From Ylistrum balloti (Eukaryota), in assembly GCF_031769215.1 (NCBI RefSeq), contig NW_026782535.1:1-64000 (forward strand): a stretch of 64,000 nucleotides of DNA, given 5' to 3'. The position numbers and the translations under genes are program-made. Positions 49,401-63,307 of the stretch are shown piece after piece. Under the pieces are notes generated by a model that was not told where the DNA came from, made no database searches, and was given only the letters and a program-made list of their open reading frames with translations. Position 1 is the stretch's first letter. Every line of letters starts with the position of its first letter.

Positions 49401-52400
49401 ATTGTGTGTTCGTAAATCATTTGATGTACCGTGTCTACATTGTGTGTTCGTAAATCATTTGATGTACCGTGTCTACATTGTGTGTTCGTAAATCATTTGA
49501 TGTACCGTGTCTACATTGTGTGTTCGTAAATCATTTGATGTACCGTGTCTACATTGTGTGTTCGTAAATCATTTGATGTACCGTATCTACATTGTGTGTT
49601 CGTAAATCATTTGATGTACCGTATCTACATTGTGTGTTCGTAAATCATTTGATGTACCGTATCTACATTGTGTGTTCGTAAATCATTTGATGTACCGTAT
49701 CTACATTGTGTGTTCGTAAATCATTTGATGTACCGTAAATCATCTACATTGTGTGTTCGTAAATCATTTGATGTACCGTATCTACATTGTGTGATCGGAA
49801 ATCCTTTGATGTACCGTATCTACATTGTGTGTTCGTAAATCATTTGATGTACCGTATCTACATTGTGTGTTCGTAAATCATTTGATGTACCGTGTTCTAC
49901 ATTGTGTGTTCGTAAATCATTTGTGTGTATCTACATTGTGTGTTCGTAAATCATTTGATGTACCGTATCTACATTGTGTGTTCGTAAATCATTTGATGTA
50001 CCGTATCTACATTGTGTGTTCGTAAATCATTTGATGTACCGTGTCTACATTGTGTGTTCGTAAATCATTTGATGTACCGTGTCTACATTGTGTGTTCGTA
50101 AATCATTTGATGTACCGTGTCTACATTGTGTGTTCGTAAATCATTTGATGTACCGTGTCTACATTGTGTGTTCGTAAATCATTTGATGTACCGTGTCTAC
50201 ATTGTGTGTTCGTAAATCATTTGATGTACCGTGTCTACATTGTGTGTTCGTAAATCATTTGATGTACCGTGTCTACATTGTGTGTTCGTAAATCATTTGT
50301 TGTACCGTGTCTACATTGTGTGTTCGTAAATCATTTGTTGTACCGTGTCTACATTGTGTGTTCGTAAATCATTTGATGTACCGTGTCTACATTGTGTGTT
50401 CGTAAATCATTTGATGTACCGTGTCTACATTGTGTGTTCGTAAATCATTTGATGTACCGTGTCTACATTGTGTGTTCGTAAATCATTTGATGTACCGTGT
50501 CTACATTGTGTGTTCGTAAATCATTTGATGTACCGTGTCTACATTGTGTGTTCGTAAATCATTTGATGTACCGTGTCTACATTGTGTGTTCGTAAATCAT
50601 TTGATGTACCGTGTCTACATTGTGTGTTCGTAAATCATTTGATGTACCGTGTCTACATTGTGTGTTCGTAAATCATTTGATGTACCGTGTCTACATTGTG
50701 TGTTCGTAAATCATTTGATGTACCGTGTCTACATTGTGTGTTCGTAAATCATTTGATGTACCGTGTCTACATTGTGTGTTCGTAAATCATTTGATGTACC
50801 GTGTCTACATTGTGTGTTCGTAAATCATTTGATGTACCGTATCTACATTGTGTGTTCGTAAATCATTTGATGTACCGTATCTACATTGTGTGTTCGTAAA
50901 TCATTTGATGTACCGTATCTACATTGTGTGTTCGTAAATCATTTGATGTATGTCCATTGTGTGTTCGTAAATCATTTGATGTACGTATCTACATTGTGTG
51001 TGTGTTCGTAAATCATTTGATGTACCGTTTCTACATTGTGTGTTCGTAAATCATTTGATGTACCGTATCTACATTGTGTGTTCGTAAATCATTTGATGTA
51101 CCGTATCTACATTGTGTGTTCGTAAATCATTTGATGTACCGTATCTACATTGTGTGTTCGTAAATCATTTGATGTACCGTATCTACATTGTGTGTTCGTA
51201 AATCATTTGTTGTACCGTGTCTACATTGTGTGTTCGTAAATCATTTGATGTACCGTATCTACATTGTGTGTTCGTAAATCATTTGATGTACCGTATCTAC
51301 ATTGTGTGTTCGTAAATCATTTGATGTACCGTATCTACATTGTGTGTTCGTAAATCATTTGATGTACCGTATCTACATTGTGTGTTCGTAAATCATTTGA
51401 TGTACCGTGTCTACATTGTGTGTTCGTAAATCATTTGATGTACCGTGTCTACATTGTGTGTTCGTAAATCATTTGATGTGTGTCTACATTGTGTGTTCGT
51501 AAATCATTTGATGTACCGTGTCTACATTGTGTGTTCGTAAATCATTTGATGTACCGTGTCTACATTGTGTGTTCGTAAATCATTTGATGTACCGTGTCTA
51601 CATTGTGTGTTCGTAAATCATTTGATGTACCGTGTCTACATTGTGTGTTCGTAAATCATTTGATGTACCGTGTCTACATTGTGTGTTCGTAAATCATTCT
51701 ACATTGTGTGTTCGTAAATCATTTGATGTACCGTGTCTACATTGTGTGTTCGTAAATCATTTGATGTACCGTGTCTACATTGTGTGTTCGTAAATCATTT
51801 GATGTACCGTGTCTACATTGTGTGTTAGTAAATCATTTGATGTACCGTGTCTACATTGTGTGTTCGTAAATCATTTGATGTACCGTGTCTACATTGTGTG
51901 TTCGTAAATCATTTGATGTACCGTGTCTACATTGTGTGTTCGTAAATCATTTGATGTACCGTATCTACATTGTGTGTTCGTAAATCATTTGATGTACCGT
52001 ATCTACATTGTGTGTTCGTAAATCATTTGATGTACCGTGTCTACATTGTGTGTTCGTAAATCATTTGATGTACCGTGTCTACATTGTGTGTTCGTAAATC
52101 ATTTGATGTACCGTATCTACATTGTGTGTTCGTAAATCATTCTACATTGTGTGTTCGTAAATCACTTGATGTACCGTATTGTGTGTTCTAAATCATTTGT
52201 GTGTTCGTAAATCATTTGATGTGTGTGTGTGTTCGTAAATCATTTGATGTACCGTATCTACATTGTGTGTTCGTAAATCATTTCTAAATCATTGTGTGTT
52301 CGTAAATCATGTTGATGTACCGTATCTACATTGTGTGTTCGTAAATCATTTGATGTACCGTATCTACATTGTGTGTTCGTAAATCAATCATGTGTGTTGT

Positions 52401-55400
52401 AAATCATTTGATGTACCGTATCTACATTGTGTGTTCGTAAATCATTTGATGTACCGTATCTACATTGTGTGTTCGTAAATCATTTGATGTACCGTATCTA
52501 CATTGTGTGTTCGTAAATCATTTGATGTACCGTATCTACATTGTGTGTTCGTAAATCATTTGATGTACCGTATCTACATTGTGTGTTCGTAAATCATGTG
52601 TACCGTGTACATTGTGTGTTCGTAAATCATGTGTGTACATTGTGTGTTCGTAAATCATTTGATGTACCGTATCTACATTGTGTGTTCGTAAATCAACATT
52701 GTGTGTTCGTAAATCATTTCATTGTGTGTTCGTAAATCATTTGATGTACCGTGTCTACATTGTGTGTTCGTAAATCATTTGATGTACCGTGTCTACATTG
52801 TGTGTTCGTAAATCATTTGATGTACCGTGTCTACATTGTGTGTTCGTAAATCATTTGATGTACCGTATCTACATTGTGTGTTCGTAAATCGTAAATTGTG
52901 TGTTCGTAAATCATTTGATGTACCGTGTCTACATTGTGTGTTCGTAAATCATTTGATGTACCGTGTCTACATTGTGTGTTCGTAAATCATTTGATGTACC
53001 GTGTCTACATTGTGTGTTCGTAAATCATTTGATGTACCGTGTCTACATTGTGTGTTCGTAAATCATTTGATGTGTGTTACATTGTGTGTTCGTAAATCAT
53101 TTGATGTACCGTGTCTACATTGTGTGTTCGTAAATCAAATCATTGTGTGTTGTAAATCATGTACCGTGTCTACATTGTGTGTTCGTAAATCATTTGATGT
53201 ACACGTAAATCATTTGATGTGTATCTACATTGTGTGTTCGTAAATCATTTGATGTACCGTATCTACATTGTGTGTTCGTAAATCATTTGATGTACCGTAT
53301 CTACATTGTGTGTTCGTAAATCATTTGATGTACCGTATCTACATTGTGTGTTCGTAAATCATTTGAAATCATTGTGTGTTGTGTACCGTATCTACATTGT
53401 GTGTTCGTAAATCATTTGATGTACCGTATCTACATTGTGTGTTCGTAAATCATTTGATGTACCGTATCTACATTGTGTGTTCGTAAATCATTTGATGTAC
53501 CGTATCTACATTGTGTGTTCGTAAATCATTTGATGTACCGTATCTACATTGTGTGTTCGTAAATCATTTGATGTACCGTATCTACATTGTGTGTTCGTAA
53601 ATCATTTGATGTACCGTATCTACATTGTGTGTTCGTAAATCATTTGATGTACCGTATCTACATTGTGTGTTCGTAAATCATTTGATGTACCGTATCTACA
53701 TTGTGTGTTCGTAAATCATTTTGATGTACGTAAATCATTTGATGTATCTACATTGTGTGTTCGTAAATCATTTGATGTACCGTATCTACATTGTGTGTTC
53801 GTAAATCATTTGATGTACCGTATCTACATTGTGTGTTCGTAAATCATTTGATGTACCGTATCTACATTGTGTGTTCGTAAATCATTTGATGTACCGTATC
53901 TACATTGTGTGTTCGTAAATCATTTGATGTACCGTATTGTGTGTTCTACATTGTGTGTTCGTAAATCATTTGATGTACCGTATCTACATTGTGTGTTCGT
54001 AAATCATTTGATGTACCGTATCTACATTGTGTGTTCGTAAATCATTTGATGTACCGTATCTACATTGTGTGTTCGTAAATCATTTGATGTACCGTATCTA
54101 CATTGTGTGTTCGTAAATCATTTGATGTACCGTATCTACATTGTGTGTTCGTAAATCATTTGATGTACCGTATCTACATTGTGTGTTCGTAAATCATTGT
54201 GTGTTCGTAAATCATTTGATGTACCGTATCTACATTGTGTGTTCGTAAATCATTTGATGTACCGTATCTACATTGTGTGTTCGTAAATCATTTGATGTAC
54301 CGTATCTACATTGTGTGTTCGTAAATCATTTGATGTACCGTATCTACATTGTGTGTTCGTAAATCATTTGATGTACCGTATCTACATTGTGTGTTCGTAA
54401 ATCATTTGATGTACCGTATCTACATTGTGTGTTCGTAAATCATTTGATGTACCGTATCTACATTGTGTGTTCGTAAATCATTTGATGTACCGTATCTACA
54501 TTGTGTGTTCGTAAATCATTTGATGTACCGTATCTACATTGTGTGTTCGTAAATCATTTGATGTACCGTATCTACATTGTGTGTTCGTAAATCATTTGAT
54601 GTACCGTATCTACATTGTGTGTTCGTAAATCATTTGATGTACCGTATCTACATTGTGTGTTCGTACTTTGGCAGAGTCACTGTATCGCTTGTTTTCTTGA
54701 TTAAACTATATTAACAGCTATTTCCCCGTCATACACCTTGTTTTTTTTCCACATCAGGAGATTTGGGACTCGTGCGAGACGACGGTTGTTTTATCATCGC
54801 CGACAGATTGAAGGAACTCATCAAATACAAAGGGCTTCAGGTGCGTTCTTCGATGTGGAATAATTTGTACCTTGTATCATACTGTAATGTGCAACCCTAT
54901 CAACTATTTGTTATGGGGGTCAGAAACGTGAGCAAGCCTCAGATTACCTTGTTGGGAATCTATTTGAATTAGCTTGACGAATTTAGGGACTGCTGACGAA
55001 GCAAAATATATACAGATATGCATATGACTGGAACACACTATATACAAACGGATTACACTACGTACAGGTTAAGGGGACTAAGAATCATCAATGAATGAAC
55101 TCTGATCCTGGATACGCTTATTTAGCGTTATTAAAGCAATTACTCCGGTTACGCGGGGTTTCCTACTCTTATGGTTTATAACTGCATGGATATTCAGTGC
55201 AAGCCAAACCGAGTTGCATGAAGGGACTTCTTTAGTTTGAACTAGGCCAAGCAAACTATTGGGTTGAGCAACTAATCTCACTGTCGCCTCGAACTAATCT
55301 ACACGTAGTTCGAACTAGGCCTAACGAACCAATTCACAGGATCCATATAGCGACTATCTCACTAACGCAACTTTAATGACATCGGATGAGGCAATCTTTC

Positions 55401-58400
55401 AGGCCTGTCACCAGTAAACCCTATCAGTCCTCTGCTATATTGCATGCACGCTATACTGCTACTCATACCTTCTCTAGTCGTCACCTGGTGGCCGATAAGA
55501 ACATAAAATACCAGAATTTTTCTTTCTTTTTTGGAGGTTAGAAGTCCTTGTTCCGGTTATAACCGAGCCTATGACACTAAGGGGGGAAAGGGGCTGGTAA
55601 AGCCGAGGCATAAAGGTATGCAATTTACCAAAGCACTGCAGCTTGCGCTTTATAAAGAACTGGATCATCCCACCTGTAGTTCTCGAGGGGAATTGACTGA
55701 GTTTTGGACTCGTCATGATATTCCGGTCTTTCGTGCGTTTGAAAGATACGATCAGACGTACTTTCACTTTACCATATCAAAGCATGTATTTGGCATCGAT
55801 CAGAGCTATAAACACAGATGTAAGTGGAAAATAAAATCATTACAATACTAAAACTTATAGTGTTCGCGGTTCTGTAGTCATTCCACACTTCGTTCATGGT
55901 GTTTAAGTTCTGTAGTCATTCCACACTTCGTTCATGGTGTTTAAGTTCTGTAGTCATTCCACACCTCGTTCATGGTGTTTAAGATCTGTAGTCATTCCAC
56001 ACTTCGTTCATGGTGTTTAAGAACTGTAGTCATTCCACACCTCGTTCATTGTTTAAGTTCTGTAGTCATTCCACACCTCGTTCATGGTGTTTAAGATCTG
56101 AAGTCATTCCACACCTCGTTCATGGTGTTTAAGATCTGTAGTCATTCCACACTTCGTTCATGCTGTTTAAGATCTGTAGACACTCCCCACCTCTTTCATA
56201 GTGTTTAAGATCTGTAGTCATTCCACACCTCGTTCATGGTGTTTAAGATCTGTAGTCATTCCACACCTCGTTCATGGTGTTGAAGATCTGTAGTCATTCC
56301 ACACCTCGTTCATGGTGTTTAAGATCTGTAGACACTTCACACCTCTTTCACGGTGTTTAAGATCTGTAGACACTTCACACCTCTTTCATGATGTTGAAGA
56401 TCTCTAGACACTTCCCACCTCCTTCATGCTGTTTAAGATCTGTAGACACTCCCCACCTCTTTCATAGTGTTTAAAATCTGTAGACACTTCACATCTCTTT
56501 CACGGTGTTTAAGATCTGTAGACGCTTCCCATTTTTTTTTCATGGTGTTTAAGGTCTCTAGACACTTACCACCTCTTTCATGGTGTTTAAGATCTCTAGA
56601 CACTTACCACCTCTTTCATAGTGTTTAAGATATCTAGACACTTCACACCTCTTTCATGGTGTTTAAGATCTCTAGACACTTACCACCTCTTTCATGGTGT
56701 TTAAGATATCTAGACACTTCACACCTTATCATGGTGTTTAAGATCTGTAGACACTTAACATCTCTTTCTGTGTTTAAGATCTGTAGACACTTCACACCTC
56801 TTTCATGGTGTTTAAGATCTGTAGACACTTCCCATCTTTTTCATGATGTTTAAGATCTGTAGAAACTTCCCACCTCTTTCATGGTGTTTAAGATCTCTAG
56901 ACACTTACCACCTCTTTCATGGTGTTTAAGATCATGGTGTTTAAGATCTGTAGACACTTAACATCTCTTTCTGTGTTTAAGATCTGTAGACACTTCACAC
57001 CTCTTTCATGGTGTTTAAGATCTGTAGACACTTCCCATCTTTTTCATGATGTTTAAGATCTGTAGAAACTTCCCACCTCTTTCATGGTGTTTAAGATCTC
57101 TAGACACTTACCACCTCTTTCATGGTGTTTAAGATATCTAGACACTTCACACCTTATCATGGTGTTTAAGATCTGTAGACACTTAACATCTCTTTCTGTG
57201 TTTAAGATATGTAGACACTTCACACCTCTTTCATGGTGTTTAAGATCTGTAGACACTTCCCACCTCTTTCATGGTGTTTAAGATCTGTAGACACTTCCCA
57301 CCTCTTTCATGGTGTTTAAGATTTGTAGAAACTTCCCACCTCTTTCATGGTGTTTAAGATCTGTAGACACTTCCCATCTTTTTCATGATGTTTAAGATCT
57401 GTAGACACTTATCACCTCTTTCATGGTGTTTAAGATCTGTAGACACTTCCCATCTTTTTCATGATGTTTAAGATCTGTAGACACTTCACACCTCTTTCAT
57501 GGTGTTTAAGATCTGTAGACACTTCCCACCTCTTTCATGGTGTTTAAGATCTGTAGACACTTACCACCTCTTTCATGGTGTTTAAGATCTGTAGACACTT
57601 CAAACCTCTTTCATGGTGGTTAAGATCTGTAGACACTTCCCATCTTTTTCATGGTGTTTAAGATCTGTAGACACTTCCCACCTCTTTCATGGTGTTTAAG
57701 ATCTGTAGACACTTCCCACCTCTTTCATGGTGTTTAAGATCTGTAGACACTTACCACCTCTTTCATGGTGTTTAAGATCTGTAGACACTTCAAACCTCTT
57801 TCATGGTGTTTAAGATCTGTAGACACTTCCCACCTCTTTTATGGTGTTTAAGATCTGTAGACACTTCCCACATCTTTCATGGTGTTTAAGATCTGTAGAC
57901 AATTCCAATCTTTTTCATGATGTTTAAGATCTGTAGACACTTCACACCTCTTTCATGGTGTTTAAAATCTGTAGACACTTCACACCTCTTTCATGGTGTT
58001 TAAGATCTGTGGACACTTCACACCTCTTTCATGGTGTTTAAGATCTGTAGACACTTCCCATCTTTTTCATGATGTCTAAGATCTGTGGACACTTCACACC
58101 TCTTTCATGGTGTTTGATCTGTAGAAACTTCCCATCTTTTTCATGGTGTTTAAGACTGTAGAAACTTCCCATCTTTTTCATGGTGGTGAAACTTCCCATC
58201 TTTTTCATGATGTTTAAGATCTGTAGACACTTCACACCTCTTTCATGGTGTTTAAGATCTGTAGAAACTTCACATCTCTTTCATGGTGTTTAAGATCTGT
58301 AGACACTTCCCACATCTTTCATGGTGTTGAAGATCTGTAGACACTTCCAATCTTTTTCAGGGTGTTTAAGATCTGTAGACACTTCACACCTCTTTCATGG

Positions 58401-60334
58401 TGTTTAAGATCTGTAGACACTTCCTATCTTTTTCATGGTGTTTAAGATCTGTAGACACTTCCCACCTCTTTCATGGTGTTTAAGATCTGTAGACACTTCC
58501 CACCTCTTTCATGGTGTTTAAGATCTGTAGACACTTACCACCTCTTTCATGGTGTTTAAGATCTGTAGACACTTCAAACCTCTTTCATGGTGTTTAAGAT
58601 CTGTAGACACTTCCCACCTCTTTTATGGTGTTTAAGATCTGTAGACACTTCCCACATCTTTCACTTAGACAATTCCAATCTTTTTCATGATGTTTAAGAT
58701 CTGTAGACACTTCACACCTCTTTCATGGTGTTTAAAATCTGTAGACACTTCACACCTCTTTCATGGTGTTTAAGATCTGTGGACACTTCACACCTCTTTC
58801 ATGGTGTTTAAGATCTGTAGACACTTCCCATCTTTTTCATGATGTTTAAGATCTGTGGACACTTCACACCTCTTTCATGGTGTTTAAGATCTGTAGAAAC
58901 TTCCCATCTTTTTCATGGTGTTTAAGATCTGTAGAAACTTCCCATCTTTTTCATGGTGTTTAAGATCTGTAGAAACTTCCCATCTTTTTCATGATGTTTA
59001 AGATCTGTAGACACTTCACACCTCTTTCATGGTGTTTAAGATTTGTAGAAACTTCCCACCTCTTTCATGGTGTTTAAGATTTGTAGACACTTCCCACCTC
59101 TTTCATGGTGTTTAAGATCTGTAGAAACTTCCCATCTTTTTCATGATGTTTAAGATCTGTAGACACTTCACACCTCTTTCATGGTGTTTAAGATCTGTAG
59201 AAACTTCCCATCTTTTTCATGATGTTTAAGATCTGTAGACACTTCACACCTCTTTCATGGTGTTTAAGATTTGTAGAAACTTCCCACCTCTTTCATGGTG
59301 TTTAAGATTTGTAGACACTTCCCACCTCTTTCATGGTGTTTAAGATCTGTAGACACTTCCCATCTTTTTCATGGTGTTGAAGATCTGTAGACACTTCACA
59401 CCTCTTTCATGGTGTTGAAGATATGTAGACACTTCCCATCTTTTTCATGATATTTAAGATCTCTAGACACTTCCTATCTTTTTCATGATGTTGAAGATCT
59501 TAATGTTCACGTTGTAAGACCTATAGACACATCACGCCTTTTTCACCGATCATTGTTATAAATTTAGACATTGTTGAAGAGTTTTTATACTGGTGTGTCA
59601 CACAGGTTGCTCCTGCAGAACTTGAGGATCTGCTACTAAGACACCCCGGAGTACAGGACGCCGCTGTGGTAGGAGTACCAGACGAGAGGGCTGGAGAAAT
59701 ACCTCGTGCCTATATAGTACCTAAACCAAACAGCAAAGTCACTCCTGAAGACGTATCCAGATTTGTTGAAGGTAGGACTTTTATATCAGAACCATACAAG
59801 TTCAAAAGCTACTTGTCAATATCACTGTGTGTATTTATCAATATTTGCGCATTTTAATTACGTTTGCGCATACAAGTGGGTCTAATCCTTACTTTTACCG
59901 ATTGAAAAAACACGATGTTTACTTGCATTCCTTAAACTTTATATACTTGTAGTTTAAATAGGAAGATATATATGTAGCTGCCATGAGACCTGATATCTAT
60001 ATTTGCAAAAAAAGTATACGAAAAAAAATCACTTGAATTATTTGCTCTTGAAACCATTTTGTTGTCAAGGCGTCGTCAACAACACCCAAGTGGCGCCACC
60101 TCGTGTACAGGAAATGATAATAATAAAACAAAGCCCTAATCACAAGATAAACGTAGGAAATGTATATAATTGACTTGTATTGGAAGAAATGCATGTTAGT
60201 TAATAGTTTCTATTTATTTGACAGAGCGTGTTGCTCCGTTCAAGACACTGACAGGAGGAGTAGAGTTCCTCAAAGAAATACCAAAGTCACCCTCAGGAAA
60301 AATTCTCAGACGAATTCTACGGGACATGTCATGA
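40410..60334 (+). CDS. 4-coumarate-CoA ligase-like / luciferase-like acyl-CoA synthetase (ANL superfamily), 577 aa
   Basis: Eleven exons in consistent phase: 40410-40673, 41002-41209, 41691-41809, 42108-42310 ([12 protein letters not shown]), 45438-45606 (LPMFHVAG), 45769-45937 (CAAAPL), 46249-46349 (GYGMTE), 46924-47065 ([14 protein letters not shown]...GWLHT), 54758-54840 (GDLG...[13 protein letters not shown]), 59606-59771 (VAPAELE...GEIPRA) and 60225-60334 ([14 protein letters not shown]). Confidence 0.95.
42869..44704. repeat. 18-bp minisatellite (ACACACACTGTCACCCTC)n, ~100 degenerate copies, intron 4 of the ligase gene
   Basis: Directly visible; gives THTVTL/VRVTVC periodic ORFs. Confidence 0.95.
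46586..46772 (+). mobile_element. tRNA-derived SINE with V/Meta-like core, intron 7 of the ligase gene
   Basis: A-box TGGTTGAGTGG, B-box GGTTCGAGACC, core GGTTTATCTACGGGATCTCCGGCTTATCTCC (similar to GGTTTTCTCCGGGTACTCCGGTTTCCTCC), and tail CCTTAAATGACCCTGGCTGTTGATAGGACGT. Confidence 0.75.
47376..54665. repeat. 39-bp satellite array, ~187 copies, filling intron 8 of the ligase gene
   Basis: Unit TGATGTACCGT(G/A)TCTACATTGTGTGTTCGTAAATCATTT, head-to-tail with no spacers. Confidence 0.98.
55870..59500. repeat. 38-bp minisatellite, ~95 copies, intron 9 of the ligase gene
   Basis: Unit TGTTTAAGATCTGTAGACACTTCCCACCTCTTTCATGG (period confirmed at 57501/57539). Confidence 0.96.
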
Positions 60335-61870
60335 ACTATCTGTCACATGAAAAGGACAAAAATCAGCAAAACTATTTCCCCCGTGTCCGTAGTTTAAAGG
60401 AACCACTTGAATTTACTTACAAAAAAAATGGAACCATATACATTGTAATACATATTAAAGCAAATCACGAGCGAGTCTCTGCCTTTGTGAGGACAAAACT
60501 GTACCATACTTACTTATTGTTTTTCAGATAGACTAGTATATATTGCTTGTACAACACATCTTTATTCATACAACGGAACAAATAGAAGTAACCAAAATAA
60601 GAATATGACAATTGTCTCTCATTTCTTGTTAACATATATAATCTTATTTGTTATTACTACACTCATAATATATTCAATTTACTTACCAAAAAATTAATAA
60701 AATAGTAGATTAACAATCACATGTATAGCGAGATTCCGCGTAGTGGCAGCAATTGTAAACATGCTCGAAAGTTGTCGATGAAAATGAGTGGAGATACATG
60801 GCACATTTAATTTCTCTGACACATATGCAAATTAATCAGAAAAAAAGTTTTATCTTTCCATCGATGTATGATTTATCGCACTGTAAGAAACTGTATAAAA
60901 GAAGGCCCGAGTGTCGACCCTTGTTGAGGTTGTAAGTATTTGGTGTTTTTACATAGGGAGGAAGGAGTTCTGACTATCGTCCGTGACCAAGACAAAAATA
61001 AATCGCAGATAGTCGGAACCCTTCGGAGTTACTACATCCGGTGTACCGATTATAGACGGTGTATGCAGGCTATTTCAAATTTCAAGATCTTTGATTAACG
61101 GTTAAACATAGACGGGTAGTCGGCTAAAATGAAAGAATTTTGGACTGAAGATTGAGCATGTATGGATGATTGTATGCGTCAAATGAATGCGAAATACTTA
61201 AAGTGATGTATATGTTATAACAACTGTATATATTGTTTTCAGATTTGAGTATAGATTAAGCACACGGACATATTTTCAGGCTGTACTAACAAAAACAAAT
61301 TGAATATCATATTTTAATACAAATTTAGAATTGGATACAGCAGAGCCAAACAATGAATTAAACTAGATTTTGTCCGTGATGCTAAGGGCCTAAATTTTCA
61401 AGTTTGGGAGGCGACTATGGATGATCAAAAGGATAAAAATAACAGTCAAAATCGAGACGTGGAAGTACGGCGGCCCCATAGTAAAATCAACTTCGTCATT
61501 TTCGTACATCAGATAATGTTAGAACAACGCCAAGCACATGTGTACGAATTAAAACGTGGCATGCAGATTACAACAAATCTCGGGGACTAAAAAACCGCCA
61601 GCAGTGTCTACCATCTATTATCTCAAAGATTGTACACACAAATAAATAACATCTGTTGATACAATTTAACATCTACTGCACGCTACGTTTTACTTCATTT
61701 GCGTATCTCATTTCTTTTGAAATGGTTTATCATAGGAAATTGTGAAATTTAGTTATTTTTGAATTAGAAAATTTAGCTCCTCGTCAAAATTTTTGACGAT
61801 TTAATCGCTAATTATTTTCCATACTCGCCTCCTAGCTCTCAACAATTAAACCCTTAACATCACTGATGAG

Positions 61871-63307
61871 TCCTAGAAAGACAGAACTGCTATATTTTGC
61901 AGTTAGATTAATCATTTTGCGCCCTAGAAAGACAGAACTGCTATATTTTGCAGTTGAATTCATAATTTTGCGTCCTAGAAAGACAGAACTACTATATTTT
62001 GCAGTTAAATTAATCATTTTGCGTCCTAGAAAGACAGAACTGCTATATTTTGCAGTTAGATTAATCATTTTGCGTCCTAGAAAGACAGAACTGCTACATT
62101 TTGCAGTTAAATTAATCATTTTGCGTCCTAGAAAGACAGAACTGCTACATTTTGCAGTTAAATTAATCATTTTTCGTCCTAGAAAGACAGAACTGCTATA
62201 TTTTGCAGTTGAATTCATAATTTTGCGTCCTAGAAAGACAGAACTGCTATATTTTGCAGTTAAATTAATCATTTTGCGTCCTAGAAAGACAGAACTGCTA
62301 TATTTTGCAGTTAAATTAATCATTTTGCGTCCTAGAACGACAGAACTGCTATATTTTGCAGTGAAATTAATCATTTTGCGTCCTAGAACGACAGAACTGC
62401 TATATTTTGCAGTTGAATTCATAATTTTGCGTCCTAGAAAGACAGAACTACTATATTTTGCAGTTGAGTTCATCATTTTGCGTCCTAGAAAGACAGAACT
62501 GCTATATTTTGCAGCTAAATTAATCATTTTGCGTCCTAGAAAAACAGAACTGCTATATTTTGCAGTTGAATTCATAATTTTGCGTCCTAGAAAGACAGAA
62601 CTACTATATTTTGCAGTTGAGTTCATCATTTTGCGTTCTAGAAGGACAGAACTGCTATATTTTGTAGTTGAGTTCATCATTTTGCGTCCTAGAAAGACAG
62701 AACTGCTATATTTTGCAGTTAAATTAATCATTTTGCGTCCTAGAACGACAGAACTGCTATATTTTGCAGTTAAATTAATCATTTTGCGTCCTAGAAAGAC
62801 AGAACTGCTATATTTTGCAGTTAAATTAATCATTTTGCGTCCTAGAAAGACAGAACTGCTATATTTTGCAGTTAAATTAATCATTTTGCGTCCTAGAAAA
62901 ACAGAACTGCTATATTTTGCAGTTAAATTAATAATTTTGCGTCCTAGAAAGACAGAACTGACAGAACTGCTATATTTTGTAGTTGAGTTCATCATTTTGC
63001 GTCCTAGAAAGACAGAACTGCTATATTTTGCAGTTAAATTAATCATTTTGCGTCCTAGAAAAACAGAACTGCTATATTTTGCAGTTAAATTAATCATTTT
63101 GCGTCCTAGAAAGACAGAACTGCTATATTTTGCAGTTGAGTTCATCATTTTGCGTCCTAGAAAGACAGAACTGCTATATTTTGCAGCTGAATTAATAATT
63201 TTGCGTCCTAGAAAGACAGAACTGCTATATTTTGCAGTTAAATTAATCATTTTGCGTCCTAGAACGACAGAACTGCTATATTTTGCAGTTGAATTCATCA
63301 TTTTGCG
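61871..63307. repeat. 51-bp minisatellite, ~28 copies
   Basis: Unit CCTAGAAAGACAGAACTGCTATATTTTGCAGTTAAATTAATCATTTTGCGT. Confidence 0.96.

Noticed and set aside
47376-54665. CRISPR-like appearance of the 39-bp array (and the 38-, 47- and 51-bp arrays)
   Set aside because: Units are head-to-tail with no unique spacers, lie in eukaryotic introns, and there are no cas genes.
55474-55851. 97-106-aa ORFs in intron 9
   Set aside because: No recognisable motifs or splice structure; chance ORFs or an unidentifiable relic.
40410-60334. Calling the ligase a luciferase or plant-type 4CL
   Set aside because: The motifs are shared across ANL acyl-CoA synthetases. Substrate cannot be inferred, and the spliced structure gives no sign of horizontal transfer.
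60895-60935. Minus-strand PQQGSTLGP resembling the RT motif PQGSxLGP
   Set aside because: It is too short, and the flanking frames show no other RT motifs.
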